This document shows positions 50,735-61,407 of a stretch of 64,000 bases of DNA, in pieces. The notes below the pieces were generated by a model, which saw nothing but the letters and a program-made list of their open reading frames with translations, made no database searches and was not told the DNA's origin. The position numbers and the translations under genes are program-made. The first letter of the stretch is position 1. Each line of letters starts with the position of its first letter. The stretch spans positions 1 through 64,000 of the forward strand of contig CP075494.1 in the NCBI GenBank assembly GCA_021613535.1, in the 5' to 3' direction. The stretch comes from Adineta vaga. Lineage: Eukaryota > Animalia > Rotifera.

Positions 50735-51721
50735 AAAACTTTATTGATCCATCAAATTTAACAACTAGCTAATCTTCAGTGTTCGAAGACTTCTTTTCTA
50801 TTTATTTGAAGAACTATTTCAAGTTTGCAAAAAATTTAGAAATTTTTATTTTTCGCCTTTATTTCTCTATTTTTCATTGTCAGCAGCAAATACATCATTT
50901 ATTCTGCTAAGAATGAGTTATCGCTACATATACTCCATATTGATTATATGAAACTATTGTTTCGTTTTTTTAAATATATAAGCATCATTCTTTCACTCAA
51001 TCTGACTATTCAAAAACTGTCATATTTCAATTTTGTATTTTTCGAACAAAATTAAACGATTCATTAACTTTTTTTATGAAAGAAAATATCCAATAAAAAT
51101 TTTTCCACTGTACAGTACCTGCACAAAGAAACAAATAAATTCATTCAAACAACTATATAGAATTTGTTCACTATTTGTTACACCAGCTGAACAAGAAAAC
51201 TACATAGTAATCAACATACCCAAAAATGTAATGGAGTAACTTTTAGTGACATAAAAAAGTTGTACGAAACACACTGATCAGTATTTTCATCAAGAATAAG
51301 TCATGTCAATGAATATAATCATGAGAATCCTTTATCCAATATTCAAAATGATAGTTTTGGTCATAAGATCCCTCAGAATTCTGCGGAAAGTATGCCGAAA
51401 AGCCATCGTAACAAAATATATAAACGACGAACCACGACATACTTTCGTTGAAATACACAAGAAAATTTTGGAATTTTTATCACAAATAATTTCTTTATAT
51501 TCAAGGAAAATACAGGTCTGCTTCATATTTCTTTTAGAAATAAATAAAGAGGATATCATACTTTGCTGATTTTTAGTACTCAATACGGGCATATACTGCT
51601 GTACGAACATATTCGAAGTGTGTTTCTGTAGAAGATGATCAATTTATAGAAAGGTTAAAAATTTTTTTCAAACACTTTCAAGATTTTATTAGATACTTCG
51701 GACGATGAAACATCTTGTTCA

Positions 51722-52021
51722 TTAAACCAGACAAATGAAAACATTAGGATAGTGTATAAAAACACGACAACGATAGGGAGGGCAACAGTTGCCAGTGCTT
51801 ACATAGCCAAAACCAAAACCACCACCACCAGCAGAAATAAAACCACAAGGATTAGCATAAAGACTATCGCCAGGAATGCAGACAGTACCCGCTCTGCTGT
51901 TTAGCTGGCTCAGAAATTCTCTTGTTTCATGAGCACGATTCGTTGTTACTCGTGGAGTGGTAAATGTAACCATTAAGAGAAAAATGAAAATTAAGTGAAT
52001 AAATTGACTGCTTTTGTGCAT
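51722..52021 (-). CDS. Secreted prepro-peptide with an inhibitor-cystine-knot-like framework
   Basis: Signal-like N-terminus, a putative pro-region ending in SQLNSR, and a 56-aa mature part with C-x10-C-x19-CC-x4-C-x11-C. A TATA-like atataaata lies ~80 bp upstream on the minus strand. Confidence 0.75.
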   Translation of the reverse strand: MHKSSQFIHLIFIFLLMVTFTTPRVTTNRAHETREFLSQLNSRAGTVCIPGDSLYANPCGFISAGGGGFGFGYVSTGNCCPPYRCRVFIHYPNVFICLV

Positions 52022-53199
52022 TGTTTTCTCTTGTCGTTTAAAATTTGAGAATCAGTGATAAGTCCGTATGGCGGAATATCTAAATGATATGTTTCGATAT
52101 TTATATTTGAATCTATACATATAGAGTACGTCACAAGCAAGGAAATGGTATTTTTGTTCATCTTTATCATATAAGATCTATCAATTGATGTTGATTTGTA
52201 GAGTTTGTTACGCTATTAATTGATATAATAACCGAAGGAGCTCTACAAATTGGCAGCAACAAAACTTCAAAAGCACCTGATAAATTCTAAATCCTCTATT
52301 ATTAAATATGTCTCCACATATTTCATTATCATGTATTCATATCCTTATGAACAAATTATTATATCAAGATATGATCTCGATGCTGCATTTTTCAATCAAG
52401 TTATCTATTTTTTCTGGTCTAGACATGAAACTTAATTAGAGATGGTATAAGAAATTCAAAATTTTGGGATTTATTACAACAGATTTGTGTTTAAACTTGG
52501 TCTCAAATGTTAAATCTCTTCTATTCATTATAGTAAAGTAAGGTCACGGCAACGCAATTTATCAGTAAAAACTTTTTTATCCATTTGTGAAACACAATCT
52601 GAAAGAGAGTGATGTGGTGTATAAGGGTGAAAATTTGCGCCGCTTACCCTCAATCCTACAGCTCGTTGCCGACAGCCAATAGGAAGGAGCCATCACAGAC
52701 CGCGATTGACACAAGTCCAGTGTCATAGAATGCAACTTTTCATAAGCCATTCTACGTATGCGTTAATGCATTCTATGACCATATTACAAACTGTGACCCA
52801 CAGGCCCCACCATTCGTCACCCATCATGAATAGTATTTAATTAACTATTTACGTAGCCATCATAGACATTGATGGATATATTAATTAATGAACTAATCAT
52901 CACAGACCCTGACCGACGTCGCAGAGATCCTCGCTACGCTACAATAGACCACCATATATAAAGGAATATAGTCTAGTATAGACTTTTAACTAGATAAACA
53001 TCTATGTGTTACATAGTATGTATAGCTTGATCGTGTTTCACATTATTAATCTCGCTGGGATTGTGCTGAAAGATTTTTTACTTCATTTGATAGAATTTCA
53101 GAAAGGCATCATTAACAACTACTTTTGAGCATTACGAGATAACCACCCGATTCGATACCTTCCGTTTTCCTTCATTCACATCTTGTTTGATAGAGTATA

Positions 53200-54270
53200 T
53201 CAAAGTAATAAAAAGTCAAAAAGGATTCTTGCTCACGCTTCTCCTTTCAAAAGCTATCACTGTTTTACTGTATCTTCGTTCTATTCTAAGATACTCATCG
53301 AAAAATAAAACTATGGAATTTTGCTTAGAACTTGTGTCCGTATATATATGGCTAAAGAACCTCAGAATATCCTGAAAGTTTCACCTCAGATGGATATTTA
53401 TTCCTTGAAATATGGAATTTTTTAAATATAGTGACTTTCTGCAGATGAATTACAAAAGTCGAGTTTACTTAAAAATTCAAAATCTCAAGAAAAGAATAAT
53501 CGTTTGGATTGAAGCTCTCTGGATATTCTTAGGTTCATTAGCCATATCTATACCTGAAAAATAGCTGTAGTCGATGTTGTCAGCATAGTACTATAATAAA
53601 AGGATATTTTCTAAAGACTAATAGCATATTATCAAAGCCCTGTGAAGCTTTCTATCATCCTGTAAATTTTTGTTTTAGTTTGTGTCTATCTATTTGCGAA
53701 ATAAATTGAGTACAATGGAAGCACTGTCATGTCTAGATCCACACTGCCATGCCACTGTATTTCTATCATCAAAATCTCTTTTATAATTTTTTTTCATTCG
53801 AAAGTTTTATCTAATATAGAATTCAAGCTCTAGCAGAATCCATTATTGCTTTGTATGAATGATACTTCCCTAGTAATGTAAAATTTAAATAACCAGCTTT
53901 GATGACTGTCAAAAAATATCATGTCTATGAGAATCCAGACGCAAGAGTGCTTCCATTATACTCAATTTACTTCGCAGATAGAGAGACAAAACTAAAACAA
54001 AAATTTACGGGATGATAGAAAGCTGCATAGGGGTTTCATAATATATGTCATTACCTTTTAGAAATTATCCTTTTATCGTAATAATATACTCAGAACATCG
54101 ACTGCAACTTTTTTCCCAGGCTTATATATAGACAAAAGTTCGGAGCAAAGCTCCATAGTTTTATTTTTTCGATGAGTATCTAAAAATCAATCAAAGATAT
54201 AGTAAAACCGCCATAACTTTTGAAAGAAGTAACATAGGTAGAAACCCTTTTGAGCTTTTTATTACTTTGA
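53200..54270. mobile_element. Large foldback element with a nested palindromic insert
   Basis: ~53200-53340 is inverted to ~54130-54270, and ~53555-53730 is inverted to ~53945-54120. An extra ~200-bp hairpin (~53345-53550) occurs in the left arm only. Confidence 0.7.
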
Positions 54271-55071
54271 GGGTTAGGGTATCTTATTTTGACATTCAGC
54301 TTGAACCTCATTCTCACGTACTTTCCCGTCTTCGTTACTCTTGAGCTGCAAAATATAGTTCCTTAACTTCTTTGAGTTCTTTGGATTCTTTGGGTACTGT
54401 CAATCTTTTTAAAAACACTAATTCTAGACATATGTGCTGTTTTTTGGTATATATTGTAAACAATTCTAGTTTTGAATTCAAGAAATTGGACATGTCTGAG
54501 GGTCAATTTGTCATGTTCAGTAAAAAAAGAAGCCATATATACATGGAATAGTCGCAAATTTTGCATATTTCGTGAATGAGTGTCTGTTTGTCGAAAAACG
54601 GTGTCTTTCGAATGTTTCATCTTGTTCGATCAAAAACAAATGTTTTGATAAGGCTAAAAAGTAGATATTTATGATCAGCCGCTGAAATTCTATCAAACGA
54701 GGTATTAAATAGGTACAATTTTTTACTGGAAATTCGCGTTGCCAAGACCTTACCTTACCAATACATTCTTGTATGTCTGTAAAACTGACGAGTAATTCAA
54801 CAAGAAGAAGTCTCCAGCCAGTATTGCACATTCGAAACTTTAGAGATGTATTTATATCTTCCACAGAAGATAAGTATGTAAATGTGAGGTATGCGCATAT
54901 TTGATAAAAATCTTCTGACTCCAATGGTTGATGATTACACTCTAGAATGTGGGTGACGCGAGATATATTTGGCATATGCGATTGCATCTCGAAAATCCCG
55001 GATATGTGACACAACTGCACGTATTGGATAAAATGGTAGAGATTGAAAGTTATTTAACACATGATAATATT

Positions 55072-56898
55072 TTATTGTGTATAAAGGAAACAACAATAGT
55101 ATCTAAGAGAAGCTAGTTTTTGAGTAAGCATAGACACCATCATAATTAAAATAATAATTAATATTACAGTTATATTTTTGGAACGATAATTACAAATAAA
55201 AACGGGAATCATATGCGGACATATTGTAGTATTAGATGACATGATGTGGGGAGCGTAGCGAGTGCGATTACGAGGTATGGGTATATCGAAATATTTCCTA
55301 AGCGCTAATTCTGCATCAATATGACTCGTGTCTTGACCAACACGAGCTAAAAGAAATTTTCTCCATACTAAAGTACGTCGATCATTATCACAGTGATTTA
55401 TGAGTACATTCCTCAAAAGATCCGTGTGTGAACAATACTTGATACCATTCATATTTGCACGTTTAATACCAATGTTTTCAGCAACAATAGCCGTCACAAA
55501 AAGATCATCCAAAAATATGATAGGTACGTTTAGTTCAACGATTCGAAACATTTCTGAAACCAGATTTGGAATTAAGTTTGACGGATAAAGTGCTGAAGCA
55601 CCAGTGATATACGCTGGATATGTTACATTCGGATAATCTTCGAGGCTAATTGCCCATTTACCAATTGGATGTGGTCGAACAGGTGGAATATATAGGCCAC
55701 GTATTTTATTTGCATCAACATCTTCAGTATCATAAACAATTTTAAGTAATGATTCAACATTGATGAGTACATCATCATCGACATAGTATAAATAAGGTGT
55801 AATTTTATGACACCCACGTGATAAGAACCAATGAAGTACGCCTGTTATTTTCAGTGTTATATTGTAATATGCATCTGTAAATAGAAGAAAAGAATTCTTT
55901 GAGACATCAGTATATTTTAATGCTTTTTGTGGGGAAGCAAACTTTTTAAAATCCTAATACCTCATCTCTTTTCTGCAAGTACTTAGAAGGCAAAATAGAA
56001 GAAAATGACCAATAATGAAGTGAATATAGAGAAATTACACAATCGAGAGTGAAGATGAAGATATATCGTAAGTTATGGATATTTTCTTAATTTTAATATA
56101 AAAATAATGTATAAATCGACTTTGAACAATTCCTATTTCAATCATAGGTAGTCTATTTATTAGAGATAGTAACCAAAAGTAGTTGGAATCAGTATAGATG
56201 AGGATAAAGTTTGCCAAAGTCATTTAAACTAACTTAAAATAGTCGAAAATAGCTCAGTATCATTTAAACAATGGTTAAAATATTTCCAAGTAACTCTAAT
56301 TAATACGAATTAATGCGATGTTAAATAGGCATTTCTGTCCGGTAGTATCTAATCAAGAAAAAAAGAAGAATTCTCTCTTGAATCATTCTATATATCCTCA
56401 GCAAAATTTCATTGTTTTATAAAGAAACTCACCAATAAAATTGAATTGCAATATATCACCATATGTGCGATGTTCTTCTTCTAATTCCTTTTGCATTTTT
56501 TTATCATTGGATCGTCCGATTGCGTAAATTACTGGAATATCATGTGCTCGTGCTTCTTGTGCCCAAGTTAGTCTCGTAAACATACGTCGTCGAAAGTAAT
56601 CTCCCGAAGATTGACCCACTGTTTTAACAATAATGTAAACTGGATAACCAATGTTGCTCGAATCATTTGTGCATGAAAACAACGATGTCGGTTCGAGAAT
56701 AACTTCTTTTGCTAAGAGCATTTGTGAACGCTTTAACATAGGAGCAGCACTGCGTGTCACTAGCCCAGGATGACTCTTACTCTCATTGTATAATTGAAAA
56801 ATAACTTCAAGAAATATTGTACCGACTAGAAAACTCATAAGAAGCATCAGAATTGTACACTTCGGTGAGACACAGTTCTTCTGTGTTGGAGAATGCAT
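55072..56898 (-). CDS. Beta-1,3-galactosyltransferase family (GT31)
   Basis: Exon 1 is 56898-56433 (TM, RRMFTRLTW, EEHRTYGDILQFNFI). A GT-AG intron spans 56432-55875. Exon 2 is 55874-55072 (DAYYNITLK, YVDDDVLIN, YPAYITGAS, LDDLFVT). Confidence 0.88.
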
Positions 56899-57269
56899 GC
56901 TATGTTAGGTGAAACGACTAAAAAACAAGCAAGAAAATAAAAAATTGTATTTAAATAATATTCAATTGAGACGCTCAATTAATCATCTCAACAATCGATC
57001 TCCAAATACACGAATTACTTGCTGATGAAGACGATGAGAAGCCTTCGTGAAACAATATTGTGCGTAAAACTATGCCATTACAGTCAGCTATGTGTTTGGA
57101 AAAATAGTGTCATGATATTGTAGTCATCGTATCCTATTTTACTAACTAGCAAAAGAAACGAAAACAGCAACGATAACCGATACATTGTTTCAATATTATA
57201 TTTTTATTGTCGATCCATCAGCTAATGGATATGAAAAAGAAGCTGTGAATCGTCCATACACTTTGTATG

Positions 57270-57841
57270 TACTTAGATCATTCCAAAAGTAGTGGCACTG
57301 ACATTTTATTAACATATAATAAGTTGTAAGAAATTTTCTTTTTATATGTAGTGGTACTAAAGATTATGCTGTATCGCTCTATCATATTGATTTAATCTTA
57401 AACTGATGTCATGATAGGAAAACTTCGATAAAAAGTATTTATTATGATATGTAACGATAACATAATACCATATTTCTCTTTGATGAATATTCACTTGTTG
57501 AACTTCTTTGATATTTCATTTTCTGTTTCGAAGCTATTAATCTCGATTACTTTAATATAAGTAGACGATTAGGTATCGAACACGACGAGAGAAAAAGGAA
57601 GAAAGAACATCAACAAGTGAATATTCATCAAAGAGAAATATGGTATTATGTTATCGTTACATATCATAATAAATACTTTTTATCGAAGTTTTCCTATCAT
57701 GACATCAGTTTAAGATTAAATCAATATGATAGAGCGATACAGCATAATCTTTAGTACCACTACATATAAAAAGAAAATTTCTTACAACTTATTATATGTT
57801 AATAAAATGTCAGTGCCACTACTTTTGGAATGATCTAAGTA
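57270..57841. repeat. Apparently perfect ~232-bp inverted repeat with a ~108-bp spacer
   Basis: 57270-57501 is the reverse complement of ~57610-57841; no mismatch was noticed by eye. Confidence 0.9.
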
Positions 57842-58767
57842 TATGAATCTGTATCTGAATGTCTAATGAGTCGAGTCACTTTTTAATATCGAAATACATT
57901 AAAAGATTTTCTTTTAATTTCGTCAAAAAAAGAGCGGTGGGTCCTTAATCAATGAAACAAAAGTTTTTATGTCGTACTGTATTTTTTATGTAGTTGTTGT
58001 AACAATACAACATTATTAGAAGAGTAATGTTAGAAAATCTAGTCATATGTTAAAAGTGAATCCATTCAGAGAATGATACTCTTCGATATAATATGCAAAC
58101 CGCAATTTCTAGTACGGATTTTGCGAAATAAAATACCGTAAAAGATGGAGTTTTTACGATACCGCAACTAACTGCTAGCATACGATGTTTTTTCTAAACC
58201 TCGGTATCTGTTTAAATACTCTCCCGTAGGAGCATACTACGGGTGACAAAGCCACGTCTTTTTTCACATCCGTAAACTTAACTGTACTTTCTTTGCCTTT
58301 CTGTACTTTTGTAATATAACGATGTCAAAGAACAAAATAATACTAAATACTCCTTATGGTTACTAATATTTTATAAGCGGTTGAAGTGTGTTTTTTGCTA
58401 AATTATATACAAATCTATTAAATTTTGTATTCTGTTCTAATCGAAATCCTCATTAACTTACTAGTAACATTAATGTTTTGATAGTGACTGGCAAATGATA
58501 GCACTAATCAATATCAATGATTACTAAATATCACAACAAACTTTCAGAAACTATTAGATATAGACTCTGCTTCAAATACATACTTTCAAAACCGAAAAAT
58601 GAATCAGGTTGCATCAATTCAAGTCTGGCTTACGCAATCATATAGCTTCGCACACGGATTGCGGTACTTAATATTATTGGTATTGGGTGTTTTTATTGGA
58701 CGGTGCATATTCTTTGTGCACTTGAAATATTGTAACATTTGTGAAAAATGCCAAGAAATGGTGATTA

Positions 58768-58922
58768 GTGAGGGTGTGAGTGTGGGTGTGGGTGGGTGGG
58801 GTGGGTGTAAGTGAAGGAAATATTCCCACACCCACACCCCCACACCCACAGCCACACACACCACCCACACCCACCCACACCACCCACACCCACAGCCACA
58901 GCCACAGCCACACCCGCCACCT
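58768..58922. repeat. Head-to-head degenerate telomere-like repeats (TGTGGG)n / (CCCACA)n
   Basis: G-rich tract at 58768-58813, a short spacer aaggaaatatt, then a C-rich tract at 58825-58922. Confidence 0.8.
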
Positions 58923-61352
58923 TCTCCCTTTTCGTTTGTATGATCTAGCTGAGCGTTTTTCATGACGTAGTCGATCACTATGATGAAAAGAAAAGGTGCT
59001 AAGATGTCTCCTTGTAGAACAGCAGTCGTCACATCGAATTCTTCTGAGACGTTGCTGTCTACGAGAACCATGCTTTTAGAATTATGATATATGGCTTTGA
59101 TTGCGTTTACTATTTTGATAGGTATTCCATAGTGTCTTAAGATGTTGAACATTGTTTTTCTGTTAATTGAGTCAAAAGCTTTTTTGAAGTCGACGAATGT
59201 TATGAAAATTGGAAGTTGTTTGTCAATTGCGCTTTCTAGGATCCTACGAATGACATGAATCTGGTCAATACAACTTCGTCCCCTCCTGAAACCTGCCTGA
59301 TTTATTCTAAGAATCGATTCTAGTGGTTCTCGTATTCTATTTAACAGGATTCTGTTGTAGGTCTTAGCTGCGATTCACATAAGACTAATGGCTCTGTAGT
59401 TCGTCGTAAGCGTTTTATCACCTTTTTTTGGTATTGGTATTATGATGTTGGTGTTGAATTGTCTTGGTGTCTGTTGATTTTCATAGATCTCGTTGCATAT
59501 ATTGCATAATTGATTTAGTATCCATTTGCCGCCATACTTGAGTACTTCAGGTGTTATTGCGTTGTCCAGTCCAGGTGATTTTCCATCTTTTAGTTGTTTG
59601 ACTGCTTGTTCCACTTCGTCAAGTGTGAAAGGACCTTGATTGATTAGTAGGTCTTCAAGAGCTGGTGAAATTGCTTGGCTATCTTGTGAGTTGTTTGATT
59701 CTACGTTGAGTAAGTCTTTGAAATAAGTCTTCCATTCGTTCATGAGTTCGTCTGTTGAGTTGATTTTGGTTCCATCTGCTCTTTTGATTTTTGATGCGTT
59801 GCTGTATCTGTGTTTGCCACTGATTTCGTCGACCAAGGACCATGTTGTTCTTAGTTGATTTGATGCAGCTGCTTGTTTGAGTTGTTCAAGTTTGTCTTCT
59901 AAAAAATTAATTTTGTCATTGCTATAAGATGTATCGAGCTGTTTATTGAGTGTGTGCGCCAATGATCTTTTTCTCTGCGCTTGGATTGTGTCTGAATTTG
60001 GTTTTAGCTGCATTTCGTTGTTTTAGGATGTTGAGTGTGTCAATGGTAACCCAATTTCTCCTCTTTTTCCGTGTCGATTTCCCTACCAACTTTGTTGTTG
60101 TTTCTTGTATACATTGCACAAAATTGTCGTATTTTGCTTGTATGTCGTTGTCGGGGTTGCTGTTGTCTAAAATTTCATAACGAGTTTGAACTTCTATATT
60201 GAATTGTGATTGTAGTTTGCAGCTAGTTTTGAGTTTGTTTCAGTCGTACTTGATCCTTTTGCTTTTGATATCTTTCGGTGCTCGAAGGCTGATTGATAGC
60301 TTGGCGCTAACAATACGATGTTAGGAATTGAATTCTACTGTGTTGTAAGCGCGAGCGTTTTGAATTGAATTCAACCATTTTCCATTTATGAGAATATGAT
60401 TCAGTTGAGCTTTGGATTTGCCATTTGGGTGTAACCAGGTCCATAATCTTGATTGTGGTTGTGGAAAGCGTGTCTGTGTTGAGCGCATGTTACAGGCTTC
60501 GCAGTAGTTGACAAGTCTGTTGCCGTTGTCGTCAGTTGAGTGATGATATGTGTGTTTGCCAATTGCTCGTGGATTTGTTGTGTGACTGTCGGATCCCAAT
60601 CTTGCGTTAAGATCGCCAGCAAGTATCAGGACATTGTGTAGTGGAACGTCATAAGTACATCTTTGCAGATCATCGTAGAAGGTATCTTTTTCTACATCAC
60701 TTTTGTCTTCAGTAGGTGCGTAGACGATGATGATGGTTATTGTTGGGTTGCCTTTAAAGTGTGCCACCATGATGCGATCAGATATTTTTTCTGAAGAGTC
60801 GAAGAATGCTGACATTCTAGGATTTATCAGTAGTCCGACGCCTCCATGTTCTTCTGGTGTTGCTGAGCAGTATTCGAAGCGCCATGTTTCGTCGTTCAGT
60901 GTTTGATAAGTTGTACTTGTTTGTTCTGATGTTTGCCAGCGATGTTCTTGAATTGCTACCAGATCGATGTTGTTTTGGTTGCATCCATATACAAGTTGGT
61001 GCAGTTTTTCAGTTTGCTTGAGACTGCAAACGTTGTAGGTGGATATTGTGATGGTCTTGTGAAGAATTTTTATGTTTTTTGTGTTTTTATTTTTTGAACG
61101 ACTCGCCGCTGCTGTATCAAAGGCAGGTAGCTGTCTTATCATAGGCTTGAATTCTTGCAGAATCTTTGCTTGCTGACGGCGAGACGAGAGACTGTTGCCC
61201 GGCATGGGTTCTTCAATTGTTGTTTTCGGAGTCATTGTGAAGCACGCTTCAAATGACTAGCCCTGAAGCGCTTACCAGAGCCCATCTTAGCCGCCGAGAA
61301 CGGCATCTCCATCCGACACTGCGAGGAAGTGAAGGGTTGGGTTTTGCCGGAC
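58921..61352 (-). mobile_element. Non-LTR retrotransposon (RTE-like, APE-RT), inactive and 3'-truncated
   Basis: APE motifs TYNV, IQEHRW, YAPT and GDLNARLG. RT motifs KSPGLD, IPKKGD, NYRAISL, QAGFR, DFKKAFDS and LQGDILAPFLF. In-frame stops at 60321, ~60240 and 59375. The element ends before YADD. Confidence 0.9.
61281..61352 (-). ncRNA. HDV-like self-cleaving ribozyme in the retrotransposon 5' UTR
   Basis: Minus strand parses as P1 GUCCGGC/GUCGGAU (G1-U wobble), P2 CCCUUC/GAUGGG, P3 ACU/AGU with L3 UCCUCGC, GG for P1.1, P4 GCCG-UUCU-CGGC, and J4/2 GGCUAA containing the catalytic C. Confidence 0.82.
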
Positions 61353-61407
61353 CTCTAACAGTTATTTGAATTGAAACTTTTCAATTCAAGTTTCAAATGA
61401 GATTATC

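Noticed and set aside
52620-52960. GC-richer segment with a CCAAT box; possible SINE, Helitron end or ncRNA
   Set aside because: No tRNA-like boxes or convincing structure could be verified by eye.
54517-55020. 167-aa ORF downstream of GT31
   Set aside because: Non-ATG start, no motif or splice link; probably spurious or a TE relic.
58599-58965. Cys/Gly- or His/Pro-rich small proteins
   Set aside because: These are translations of the TGTGGG/CCCACA repeat tract.
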